A stretch of DNA of 60,650 nt, counting the filler, from Porpidia crustulata (taxonomy: Eukaryota): NCBI GenBank assembly GCA_964255105.1. It is 12 parts of 12 records of this genome, joined end to end, with 100 filler letters (N's around TTAATTAATTAA, not from the genome) between each part and the next. Parts side by side here need not be neighbours in the genome. Positions count along the whole stretch, not along the records: positions 35,491 to 40,447 come from CAXUWE010001949.1; positions 40,548 to 45,502 come from CAXUWE010001950.1; positions 45,603 to 50,556 come from CAXUWE010001951.1; 9 more parts are not named here. One strand, 5' to 3'. Below, one piece after another: positions 38,224-50,656 of this stretch. The notes beneath the pieces were generated by a model that saw only the letters and a program-made list of their open reading frames with translations, was not told the DNA's origin and searched no databases. The position numbers were made by a program, and so were the translations under genes. How positions within the stretch are numbered: the stretch's first letter is position 1; each line of letters opens with the position of its first letter.

Positions 38224-40059
38224 ATGGCTGGGCTGCCGTCAAGCTCGAGTCGAGCGCTCAAACGTCTTCCAACAGCCGCGAAATGTGCCCTAACAAGTCC
38301 TACCCCGAGACTCAACAAGAGCTTCGCTACTGCGGTTGACCCTGCCCAGAAGGTAAAAACTAAATCATAACTGCGTCCTGGCGAGAACCCTACTGATGCT
38401 ATGTAGGATCCTGCAGAACTTGACCAGATTACTACCCTACCAAATGGCATTCGCGTCGCAACAGAAGCTCTTCCAGGGCACTTCTCCGGGATTGGTGTCT
38501 ACGTCGATGCTGGATCACGATACGAGAACGAGCAACTTCGGGGTGTCAGCCATATCATTGATCGCTTAGCTTTCAAGTCGACTATTTCAAAGACTTCTGA
38601 CGAGATGCTGGAATCCTTAGAGACCTTAGGGGGCAACATTCAATGCGCATCATCCAGGGAATCACTCATGTACCAGTCTGCTAGTTTCAACTCGTCTGTC
38701 CAATCTACGTTAGGGCTTCTTGCAGAAACTATTCGATATCCCATGATTACCGACACCGAGGTTCAGCAGCAACTGGAGACTGCGGAGTACGAGATTGGCG
38801 AGATCTGGTCGAAGCCAGAGCTGATTCTACCAGAATTAGTCAATATGGTTGCGTACAAAGACAATACCCTTGGAAATCCGTTACTTTGCCCTCAGGAGCG
38901 ATTACATTTTATCAATAAAAATGTGGTGAGCAATTACCGGAATACTTTCTTTCGACCAGATAGGATGGTTGTGGCGTTTGCAGGCGTGAGCCATCAGGAA
39001 GGTCTGAAGCTTACAGAAAAATTCTTTGGTGATATGGAAAAACCCTCAAGTCAATATTTACCAACAATCGGGTCCGAGTCGTCCCTTTCAGATTCTTCAG
39101 CGTCGTCTGTCTATGCATCTTCCTCATCCTCTTCTTCTTCAATATCATCAGCATACACTTCACCGGCTACATCACCATCCTCATCGCCTCCTCAAACTTC
39201 GAAATTACTGTCAAAAATACCCTTTCTCAAGAATCTCTCGACCTCGGCGCAATCACAGGCCCAAGTGTCCCCCCTAGACTACTCACAGGAACAATTACAA
39301 CCATTCGATCTCAGCGCACCTTCGCGATACACAGGCGGCTTTCTCTCCCTTCCCCCACTACAACCACCCGCAAACCCAGCTCTTCCCCACCTTTCTCACA
39401 TACACCTCGCCTTTGAGGCTCTTCCGATATCTTCCGAGGACATTTACGCTCTCGCAACGCTTCAGACCCTCCTTGGCGGAGGTGGCTCATTCAGCGCTGG
39501 AGGCCCCGGCAAAGGCATGTACTCACGGCTCTACACAAACGTCCTCAACCAGCACGGATGGGTAGAGTCTTGCGTCGCCTTTAACCACTCCTACACTGAT
39601 TCCGGTCTCTTTGGCATTAGCGCCAGCTGTACCCCGGCGAAAGTATCTCAAATGTTGGAGGTCATGTGCCGTGAGCTGCAAAACCTGACGCTCGACACTG
39701 GATATACGGCTTTGCAGGTAACAGAGGTTAATCGCGCAAAGAATCAGCTGCGAAGCTCCCTTTTGATGAACTTAGAGAGTCGAATGGTTGAGTTAGAGGA
39801 CCTTGGACGTCAAGTGCAAGTTCATGGCAGGAAGGTTGGAGTGAAAGAGATGTGCAGGAAGATTGATGCTTTGACTGTAAAAGATCTCCGAAGGGTAGCG
39901 AGGCAAGTTATGGGAGGGCAAGTTGCAAATGCGGGCCATGGGAGCGGAGCGCCAACGGTAGTGCTGCAGGAAGGCGCGCAGTCTGGCTTGAGGAGTAAAG
40001 AATTTGGTTGGGGCGAAATTCAGGAGCGAATTGCGAAGTGGAAGCTTGGAAGACGATAG
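38224..40059 (+). CDS. MAS2: Mitochondrial processing peptidase alpha subunit, 1 intron
   Basis: Presequence, ITTLPNGIRVATE, DAGSRYE, SHIIDRLAFKS, and the glycine-rich loop GGGGSFSAGGPGKGMYSRLY. Confidence 0.97.
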
Positions 40060-40352
40060 ACGATGGTTCCTGTACTTTATAGATGTGACTCAACTTAGAT
40101 ATACTTCTTCTTAATCGCCGCATGAGCCCCAATTGAGACTGAAAAGCGCTGCGAGATATTACGTTCCTGCTGTGAGCTCCCAACTCGGCTAATTTCTCAC
40201 GCCGCCTTGTCAAATCCCAAGCTCGAGAAAAAGTTTACCGAGATCAAGATCCAAGACCAGCATCCAAGCAACACCAGCTTGAAATCCAGCAACAACAGTA
40301 TACATCCCCTCCTTCAACATCATCCCTCCCTCACAAAAGCCAACCCATCACC

Positions 40353-40447
40353 ATGGTCCAACTCGAAGAAGTCGAAGACCCCGAACTCGACCAACAACAA
40401 CCCGGTCCCATCTCCTACGACGACGATGACGCCGACTTCACCGACAC
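40353..40447 (+). CDS. TOM22: Mitochondrial import receptor Tom22, 5' fragment
   Basis: Translates as MVQLEEVEDPELDQQQPGPISYDDDDADFTD, the acidic N-terminus typical of fungal Tom22. It is not in the ORF track because it is short and truncated. Confidence 0.8.
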
Positions 40448-40547
40448 NNNNNNNNNNNNNNNNNNNNNNNNNNNNNNNNNNNNNNNNNNNNTTAATTAAT
40501 TAANNNNNNNNNNNNNNNNNNNNNNNNNNNNNNNNNNNNNNNNNNNN

Positions 40548-40638
40548 GTGAAGAGGAGGGTTTTGAGACTGGAATGGGAGTCAATTGGGCGGCATTTGGG
40601 AGGGGAGAGGGAGGAGCTTACGTCGAGACGCTGACCAT
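40548..40638 (-). CDS. 5' fragment of an unidentified gene
   Basis: ATGGTCAGCGTCTCGAC|gtaagc...cag|T splices to give MVSVSTLKTLLF up to the contig edge. Confidence 0.4.
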
Positions 40639-41463
40639 GATGGTGGTATGACCGAGCAAAGGCTAAGGTTATCGAGGGAGCATTGTGAGATTTGGAAAGG
40701 TATTTGGGCGAAAGCGCGAATATATTTTGAAGACACGTTCCTGTTGGTTGAGGCGCCGGAACATCCCTGTTCCTGCTCCGGCTTGCACACATCAAGCCGC
40801 ACTTTTTGTTCTCCATCAACAGCTTTTTCCTATTGCTCCGAACACAACAACCACAATCACCACTTCGCAGTATGGCCACCACCAGCTCCAATTGATGAAC
40901 ACCCCCCATCAAGAGCCGCTACAATGCAAACCGTAATCTACCGCGAGCAATACTCGCAACACCTAAACACACCTCCACTAACCCAATCAATTCCCTTTCA
41001 TGCACACATCTAACAGGCACTTTCGAAGCTTTAGCGATCTCCTTTCCTCCATGGACGCGCAGAGTCAAAAAGAAACGCCTAGAGAGAGCTTGTTCTGCCC
41101 CTGCCAAGGGGCCGTCTCACTTCGTGTTGCAGCTTCCCAGCGAGAGCGATGAGGGATCCTTGCGTCAATAAGATGAGAGACATTTGTGGTTAGAGTTTTG
41201 GTGAAGTTGGAGGTGGAGATTTCCGGCTTTGTCTTCTGCTTTGGTACAATAGCTAGGATATCGATATTCTACGAAGTTGATGGGAGTAATTTGCTTTTTT
41301 TGCTTCTTTGCCTTCTTACTGTTGCTAATTTTTTTGCGTTGGCGTTGTGGGTAGGGATACATTGTGTCCAGGTATACATTCCATTAGAACATCCAAGCGA
41401 ACACTACATATCATTGGCCTCATATGGTTTTAACAACGATTTTGCTTCTGATCTCGATTGTAT

Positions 41464-43202
41464 CTACGGGCTGGATGGTTCCTCATCCGGAACACCCGCG
41501 TACTTCTTTTCCCCCAGACATCTCGACCTGTGAAACAAGTGCCCCCGATTCTTCTTCACATACCGCGTGAAGCAAACACTCGTAGCCATGACAGCACGAG
41601 TACTCATATGTACCGGATACTTGAATTGCTCCGGCCGTGCAAAGACCATTGTTGTGGCAAAAGACATCAGCTCAAAGAGATTCTGCAGCGCCATCTCAGT
41701 TGCCGAATATCGTCCTCGACCTAGAAGGCTGAATCGTCTCTTGGATGAGATATTGAACGCAGAGATCGAAGCCCCATAATCCCACAAGGCTCGTCAGAAC
41801 TCCCGCAGCGAGGCCTATCCCAGCGATCCTCGTTTTTGAGCCATAAATTTGGAAAACAGCAACAGCAACAGCAGCGAGGATGCAACCGAGCTGCCAATTG
41901 ACAAACCAAAGCCCAGATCTCACCGGTCCGACCTTGTGCATCAAAATCGGTGCGGCCCAGGTGGCGGAAAGTTCTATCGTGACGGAGATAATTCTGACGA
42001 AACTGATTTGAATGGCCGTGAATCCTACCAAGAGAAGGTACGTGATCATTTGGGCGTCGAAGGAGAGGACAGTGAGATAGAGGATGCTGAGGGCTAGGGA
42101 CGCTAGGAAGACGGAATTAGTTGCGTATTCTCGCCATGGTGAGACTGTCTCGTGAAGTTTAGAGGAGATTGTGTTTTGGTACATGTTAGTGCTCAATTCG
42201 GGAGCTTCGACTGACACCTGGAATGGGATTATTTCGTTTTTGTTAGGCAAAAGATCAGCTGTATCGTGGCATGGTCTGGTCGAGCAAGATCAGGCACCGC
42301 ATTGTATACCTTCCCTGCTCAGATCATCGCAATTTGTACGCAGGGTCAAACAAACCTGAGCGATAGCACAATACTCCAATAGTATTGAAACGAAATTCAG
42401 ACCTAATACAGACCACACGGCTATTTTAAACGAAAAGCCGTCAACAGCGGATATGAACACTGGGGCTAGTAGCATGGAGAACAGGTCTATCCTCCGCATG
42501 GCTGAATTCAGATCAGTGGCTCGTATGTTAGTAGGCTACTACGCATAACAAAAAATCGTTGTGTATAGAGCTGACCTTGATATCATCATCTTGAGTAACC
42601 ACAACAACCTGGATAGGAACTTCAGGTTAACGCCACCATCGATTTGTCGCCAGTTCTGCTCTTCTAGTCAAAGAAGGTTGAAGAATTACCCAATCCCTTT
42701 CGACTGATACGGTGTTCGCGATTGAAGCAAGCTTCTCCGGGCACGCCAATACAACAAGTATTGGAAAGAGAACGAACTTCATCTCTGTAGAAGCTTTGAA
42801 ATTCGCCAAAGCGATAAACACAAGACAAGACAAAGCTACAGGAACCCTCTGCCATACTGAAGCTCAAATAGACCTTAGGGTAGATAGGAGACAGTTGGAA
42901 AAGAAAACTCACTGATTGAGTGCCGAATAGCTTTCAATCTATTTGACTTGTCCATCTTTCCGCCGACCCAGGAAGACAAGGTAGTAGCAAGAAGAGCTCT
43001 AATAAGAGCATACATTGATGCATAGAACAGGGTTCCAAGAAATATCTCAGCCAGAAATAAGATGGCACTGAATTCAAACATCCGAGAGTTCCATATCGAC
43101 AGAGTGTGAGAGATAAAATCTTCTTGCTATCCTGTTGAAGTTGTACATTGGAGTTGTCAAGTCATGGTGACCTCCTGGCTCTGGTATGGCAGAGGATTTC
43201 AT
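41464..43202 (-). pseudogene. Ferroportin (FPN1/SLC40A1/IREG) homologue with three frameshifts
   Basis: Motifs FYLSH/LSIWNSRMFEF, EKLASIANTVSVERDWVVV, LNSAMRRIDL, SILYLTVLSF, GLWGFDLCVQYLIQE, EMALQNLFEL. Frame breaks at about 43103, 42270 and 41723. Confidence 0.85.
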
Positions 43203-43975
43203 TATTGGAATTGGGACTATGAAGGATAGCAATAATTTGGCATTATAATGAGTTGTCCAAAGGAAGATAATTTGGCAATGCTCTTAAACGATACTTTATC
43301 ACACAAATAATTAGTGATGAGCGAACATGAACATATCTATGAACCCTTTGAGCGAAAATCTCAAAGAATGATGAGGATTTAATAGAGAGATAAAAACTTA
43401 CGGGGTATATCGATTCAACATAGGAACCCTCTTACTTCGACATGATACTAAATCATGATGAACAAGAAGGTAACTGGTGAGAACTGGATCAATCCGATTA
43501 AAGGAGAAAATCTCTCATTGTTCAAAAATTCGAGAGATAAACAAAATCTCTACGGGTTTTCGGCGGAGTAGCGGAACTTGGCCACTTCGTCAATTTTCAA
43601 CAGTCTTTGGCCTTTGTTGACCACACAATCTGAGCATTTCCGGTGGCAATCTGTTAGTTGAAAAAACTGTATGCTGCCTTGAGATTTCAACGTAAGCGTG
43701 GTCATCAAGTGTTACCACGGTCTTCAATCTGTCATCCCGTCTCACAACACGTATCTGGGTTCTTTTAGGAATGCTCCTTCCCCAGAACATGTATCTTCGT
43801 CTGTCGGATTTCTTTATTTCTGAAGTCCACACCTGTAACTTCAAGTATCTGAAAGTGTCTATTCTCACGTAATTCGAGGTCGTCGCACCTCAGTTGAGCC
43901 TCTGCTATCCCCTAGAATTGAACTCGCGTTTGGAAGATCAAACCTCGAACTCTCTCTGCAACCCCTGTGTCCTCT

Positions 43976-45502
43976 ATGCCGCCAGCATCAAATGTCACGA
44001 AGAAAAGAGCTCCCCATGATCTTGATTTTACACTCCGACGTGTCTTCGGCAAGACGAGTTTTCGGTAGGCGGCTTCTAGGATTACTTCGAGTCGGTGAGG
44101 CTAATGGAGAATAGACCTTTTCAACGAGAAATAATCACTGCAGCACTCGAGGGCCATGATGTCTTCGTTCAAGCTGGTAACAAGCCATTCTCCCACCCAG
44201 AGTTTACAGTACTATTGCACTCAGTCGCTAATGCCGAATAGCCACTTCATTCGGCAAAAGCCTTTGCTATCAACTGCCAGCTGTCATCGATCACGGAATC
44301 ACCATAGTCGTCTCACCTTTACTCGCTCTCATGAGCAATCAAGTTGCTGCTCTACGTGCTGCAAACGTTCCCGTAGCAACGCTCAATTCGAATACGCTCC
44401 TATCTGACAGAAATGAAATCTTAGATGACCTTCGTTGCGGTACATACCCTCCAAATACCCTAGGGGATTGAAATCCACTAATTCTTGAAGCAAGGCCATC
44501 CCCTGACCCGTCTTCTATACATCACTCCTGAATTCACACTCACAGAGTCCTTTCGCCGCCACCTCCTGACAATCTACTCACAAGGCGAGCTTTCCCGCAT
44601 TGCCATTGACGAAGCCCACTGCATCTCACAATGGGGCCACGATTTCCGCCCCGCCTACTCCCATCTCTCCCACTTCCGCTCCACGTTCCCTTCTGTCCCC
44701 ATAATCTGCCTCACCGCAACCGCCACCCTCGCGATCCGTAACGACATCATCTCCACCCTTGGCCTCAACCCTTCGAGTCTCAAAGCCTTCATAGCAACCA
44801 CCTCCCGCCCAAATCTCCACTACGAAGTCCGCTTCACCTCCGACGAGCACGACAACCGCTTCTCCACCTTCCTCGCCTGGCTCAAAGCCATCCACGCCCG
44901 CCGCTCCTCGGACCCCGCCCGCGCCCCCGAACTACACGCGACGCGCACCCGCCCCGACGCCGTCTCGGGTATCATATACGTCCCCTTCCGCACCGACTGC
45001 GACGCCCTCGCCTCGCGCCTGCGCGCCCACAACATCGGCGCCGTCCCTTACCACGCCGGCCTCTCGGCCTCGGAACGCGTCGCGTGCCAGCAGAAATGGA
45101 TCGCCGACGCCCCCGGGCACGACGTCATCGTCGCCACCACCGCCTTCGGCATGGGCATCGACAAGCAAGACGTCCGCTTCGTCGTGCACTGGAGCGTGCC
45201 CAAGAGCTTCGAGGGCTTCTACCAGGAAGCTGGGCGCGCGGGCCGGGACGGCAGGGCCGCCGCCTGCATCCTGTACTATTCGCGCGAGGATCGGGATCGC
45301 GTGGCGTATCGGATCGGGAGGGATGGCGGTCACGGGGATGGGAAGGCGGCGGGCGTGCAGAACAAGGGCCGCGCGGAGAGTTTTCAGCGGCTGATGCGGT
45401 ATTGCGAGGAGGTGGGTAAGTGTCGGCACGGGATCATTGGGGAGTTTTTCGGGGTGGGGGTGGCGAAGTGCGATTTCGCGTGCGATTACTGCAAGGATGG
45501 GG
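43976..45502 (+). CDS. Short RecQ-family DNA helicase (RecQ2-type), 3 introns, 3'-truncated
   Basis: FRPFQREII, Walker A variant AATSFGKSLCYQLP, VVSPLLALM, DEAHCISQWGHDFRP, LTATAT, YHAGL, ATTAFGMGIDK, YQEAGRAGRDG, RQC Cys cluster CRH...CDFACDYC. Confidence 0.95.
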
Positions 45503-46540
45503 NNNNNNNNNNNNNNNNNNNNNNNNNNNNNNNNNNNNNNNNNNNNTTAATTAATTAANNNNNNNNNNNNNNNNNNNNNNNNNNNNNNNNNNNNNNNNNN
45601 NNGGTTTGGAGGGGATTGATAATATGAATTTTTGAGGATGCCTAAACATAAGATGAGCTACATATTATTGAATGGTATGTATGAGGCGTTGTATCTACCT
45701 TTTGGTCGCTTAGGTACGTCTCTACTCGAGGCACTCATTGGAGAGACTTGAGCCATGTTGTGGGATTGTCTGGGCAAGTTATTGTGGGGGCAGATACCAA
45801 CAATTGATGGATTTAACAGTATGACTTCCGTTGATAATGACTCAAGGAAATAGGTGCGTTTAAGGGAGGTTGATTGATCAGTGAGATGAGGTCGTGTATT
45901 TGGTGTAGTTTTGAAGGTGAGTTGTTGTAGGGTTGAGGTTGGCATGGGAGACAAATAGCATCGTCAGTGTGCACCCTGACACCCTGACTGTACTGGGGAA
46001 TGAGGAATGATGATTGGCTGCATACGATCAGCCGCGATCATCTGCAAGCTAGTACTCCACGGGCATAGCTCCTCGGGGTTTACTCCGCCCCGTCCCGATA
46101 CCTCTTCAGCCCTGCAGACTCGTTGGAAAACCACCCCACAGCCCGAAACGATCCTCAAGATACCTATACCGTTACTCCACTCCACTAAGGAAAAAATACA
46201 ATGGACACATGGCACTGCTCAATGATAAGGACCTCTCTACATGAAGTAAAATAGTGTATCATATGGTGTAAAATCGATAGGATGGTTGAGGCGTCATAGT
46301 CAAGATTCAATGGTGTAGTGCTCATATTCCATCTACTAGAGTCAACGACCAGTGATGACTATATGATTCCAGTGCATAATAGTAGATCAATCTTGGGTCA
46401 ACATGAGTATACGGAGCAACTGGAAAGAGACGCTTCTTCTGCCGCAAAGCGACAGGGGCAAATCACAACCGTAAATACTTCGAATAAGCTGATCGTCGAA
46501 CCATATTCCGCATGTTCATGAACTTTGATACCGAAACTTC

Positions 46541-48482
46541 CTAGCCCTGGTGCGCCGGGCCATGAGCAGATTGCAGTTGCCTCCTTCTGATCCGGAATGG
46601 TGTATCACCCTTCGGCGGTAGGGCCCCGTAGGGAAAGTAGCGCATGTCCGGTTCTGGCGCGGACCCTTCTCCCGTGACAATTTCGATATCATAAGCCGTG
46701 CACAGTATAGCGAAACTTGCAATCATCTCCTGCTTTGCAAAGTGACGGCCTGGACACATTCTTTGACCTCCGCCATAAGGCACCCATGCGCCCGAGAGAC
46801 CCTCCATTGCGAATCTAGGTTCTTCCAGCCTACTTTGATTAGCCAATGATGCCGATCCACTCGAAGGCTTCTCATCTTCTGCAAGGTTTCGTTTCTTCAG
46901 CGGTCCGCTAATGGGATCATTCGGGTATACTAGGAATCTGTCGGACCAGAATTCCGTCAGCGGATGAGGGTCCTCAACCGTGCCAGTATTCCATATCTCC
47001 TTGTCCATAGCAGCGGTACGGCTGGAAATTGCAATGAGTTCATCTTTAGGAAAGACCCATTCTCCTAGCTGGTACTCGCTCCACTCGGGATTACGTGTAA
47101 TCACTATGGCTACCCGAAGTCGGAGCGTTTCCGCGTAAATAGACTGTAACAAGGGCCCATTGCACAATTCCGTAATGTTGAACTGTAGATCTTTGGGATC
47201 TGATCCGGGAATCAAAGCGCTCTGAACTTCTTCCCGAACTCGAGCTTGGAGGGCAGGATCGCGAACTAGCTCCACGAGAAACCAGAAAGTTGCGGGGATG
47301 GAATTCGAATTTGTTCTGCACAGTCAAAGACAATGAGTCCATGCTCGTCACACTCCCAAGCAAGGGATCCTGCGCTAGGTATAGAACAACTTACGCCCAT
47401 AAAAGTCCCAAATCTTCAGACGCCACAGCATCGGCATCCATAGGCTCCATTTTCTTACAATACTCGAGCCTCTCTTTGATAAGTTTACTTCCATAGTAAT
47501 CATCCCAGTCTTCGTTGTTTGGCAAAGTCTGATTAGCGTCGTAATGCTCTCGCGCAGAAGCATGCCATTGCTTTACACTTTTCAGTACTTTTTCAAGGGC
47601 TCTATATGATTGAGGTTTCACCCATCTTGGGTACCCCTTGAATAGGTCCGGCGTACATCTATCGAATTCCCAAAACTCTTGGGGGAAATTGGGACTGAGT
47701 CGAAGGAAATTTGGTCCGCACATGGCTTCCACTGATGCTTGAAAAAGCTCAAGCTGTAAGAAAGAATGAAGGTCAGGCATGTCTTCCCATTCGGAACCTA
47801 TACTGCTCTTGACGATGCGATTCCGTAGAACATCAAGAAATCGACGGGTGAGTTCATTCAAAGAAGATCCAGATAGATGTGCCACAAGTGTCTTGTGTTG
47901 TAGATAGAAGATGCGATTATGCGGCTCTACTTTACTTTGAGAATATGGGTTGAAGGCGGTGCCAGAGTCATCAGCAGCATGGAAGGCTACAGCCTTCTTG
48001 GATACTCCAAAGACATTGCACAAAGCATCAAGTATCGCTTGTTTAGGTGCTAGATTCCGGGTCTGCTTGAAAACAGTGACGACGTTGTCCGATCCCGCCA
48101 CGAACCGTATATTCCGAAAGCCGACATTGATTCGAACAGGTACAGATGGGCCAAATCGCTCTCTGCAAAGATATCAGGAGTTTAGTCTCGACGATCCAGC
48201 AAAGACTCACGTTAAAGCATCGATGAACCCAGGTGTATCTCGTATCAACGATATGGAGTTGCCTAGTAATGGAAGAAAATAAGGAACGACCGGGGGATCT
48301 TTCCCGTTCTTCTTGCTACGTAAGGCTAATGCCGACGTTGCTGTCGTGATAGCATAGGTAGAAAAACACGTTAATGCCAACAGTAGGGCAGCAATGGTTG
48401 TCCAGTCATACAGAGACAAGGCGCTCAATGTACGCCAAATCACTTGAGACGCGTCCATCCTTGACGAATCGAAGGTTGACAT
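46541..48482 (-). CDS. Cytochrome P450, CYP7/CYP8-like (Asn-containing I-helix), 2 introns
   Basis: TM anchor and PPVVPYFLPLLG hinge; spliced I-helix GLLWATNSNSIPATFW; ExxR motif AETLR; haem motif PYGGGQRMCPGRHFA. Confidence 0.93.
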
Positions 48483-48915
48483 GGAACGGAGTAAATTTGT
48501 GAAAAACGTGTGGGAATGTCTTTCAAAAGTATAGAATTTTCCTTTCGGAAGTGATGAAAGTAACAGTAGTCACAAGAGATCGGGACGCCTGAAGCAAACA
48601 TCAATACTGTAAGTATAGGGTAGACCTCATGCCGCTAGGGATCTTAATTGGTCCCGCTTCTTCACTGATCGAAGGTAATGCAATGATCCGACGGAACTAC
48701 AGATTGGACAAGGCATCTTAACTGTTCTATTGATTGTCAAGCGGCTCTATGTGGACTTTCCATACTGAATCAATATGTAGTATTCCATGCGTCGTATTCT
48801 GAGGATAATTTGTATCCAGCGTCTACCCTAGCGCGTTTAGACTGACTAGCGCTGTCTCAATTTATGTTTCCATACCCTTACTATGATCATTACTTCCTCA
48901 ATCTTAGAAATATCT

Positions 48916-50556
48916 ATGGCGGGAGAAGAACAGATCGAATCTGCATCAGTCACATGGACAAGTCCAGGGCAGCATCCTGGGCCTCTAGACTTGCGACTTC
49001 TTCACTTCAACGACGTGTACCACATTGAGTACGTTACTGCGTAGAAGAAGTTCGCGGTTTGCATATTTGACTGATACAAGTGCAGAGCTGGGTCTGCCGA
49101 GCCAGTTGGTGGCATTACTCGCTTCCAATCTGTGGTTGACTCCTATCGTTTTGCTTTCCAATATTCCGAGAGATCAAAGCTCATTACTTTATTCTCTGGT
49201 GATGTATTCAACCCGAGTCTGGAAAGCTCGGTGACCAAAGGACGACATATGGTTCCTGTGCTGAACAACATTGGTGTCGACGCGGCATGTGTGGGAGTGA
49301 GTACGGACACCTGTTTCTTTGATTGCACCCTCTAGTCTGTGAATTCTAGAAAGAGTTAGGTATCCGGATTGTTTTGATTGGGTTTTTATCGTTCGAATTC
49401 TCCTCGTCGTCCTGAGTGTTTGCTAGCGACTCAAAGTTACATGGTATCATGGCCATTAAAGGTACTGATATGTACGACTCTAGAACCACGACCTCGATTT
49501 TGGCGTCCCCCAGTTTCGACATCTACGAAACCAATGCAGTTTCCCTTGGCTACTCGCAAATGTATTGGATCCTGCGTTGGGGGAAGGAGTAGCCATTGCA
49601 AATTGCGCAAAGACAGCAATGATCGAGTCTTCCAACGGCATCAAGATAGGACTGATTGGACTTGGCGAACGAGAATGGTACGTAGAATGCCAGAGACCCT
49701 ACCCCGTTCTTATTCCAGAGCTCTGATGTAGAAAGGGGTTATTTTCATATATTACCCTCAAATACAACGCTTACCAACAGACGCAATTAGGCTGGATACA
49801 ATCAATTCTTTACCACCGAACCTGATCTATAAGTCCGCCACCGAAATCGCAATGCAATTAATTCCCCCTCTCCGTGCCCAGGGCGCCGACATGATCATAG
49901 CTCTGACCCATCAACGAGAACCAAACGATCTAAAACTAGCAGAGAAGACTCCTCCAGGCCTCATTGATCTAATTCTTGGCGGCCACGATCACTTTTACGC
50001 TCACCACATCGTAAACAACGTGCATATTCTCCGCTCTGGCACCGACTTTAAACAGCTCAGCTACCTTGAAGCCCGTCGAAAAGCGTCGGATAAATCAGGC
50101 TGGGACTTTGAAATTACCCGGCGCGACATCACCCGTGCAATCCCCGAAGATCGAGCCACTGTAACTTTGGTGAATAAGCTGACATCAAGCCTGAAACACA
50201 AACTCGAGAAACCCATCGGTTACACCGCCGTCCCCCTCGACGCCCGTTTCACCACCGTCCGCACTCGAGAAAGCAATCTGGGTAATTTCGTCTGCGACTT
50301 GATGCGTCTCCACCACAACACCGACTGCGCCCTCATGGCCTCGGGAACCATCCGAGGCGATCAAATCTACCCATCCGGCGTCCTGCTCCTCAAGGACATC
50401 ATGAACTGCTTCCCCTTCGAAGACCCCGTCATCGTCATCAAAGCCCCCGGCCACGCCATCCTCTGCGCCCTCGAAAACTCCGTTAGCTCCGTCCCCGCCC
50501 TCGAAGGCCGCTTCCCCCAAGTTTCCAACATCAAATTCGCATACTCCCCCCAGCTC
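48916..50556 (+). CDS. 5'-nucleotidase family metallophosphoesterase (no signal peptide), 3 introns, 3'-truncated
   Basis: LHFNDVYH, FSGDVFNPS, VGNHDLDFG (across an intron), ALTH, LGGHDH, RESNLGNFVCD, FPFEDP, GRFPQVS. Confidence 0.92.
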
Positions 50557-50656
50557 NNNNNNNNNNNNNNNNNNNNNNNNNNNNNNNNNNNNNNNNNNNN
50601 TTAATTAATTAANNNNNNNNNNNNNNNNNNNNNNNNNNNNNNNNNNNNNNNNNNNN

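Noticed and set aside
39080..39200. Ser-rich low-complexity insertion in MAS2
   Set aside because: In frame, and similar insertions are common in filamentous-fungal alpha-MPP as far as I recall.
43310..43470. Three RTGATGA (box C-like) motifs in an AT-rich spacer
   Set aside because: No suitably placed CTGA box D, terminal stem or recognisable rRNA guide, so a snoRNA cluster is unsupported.
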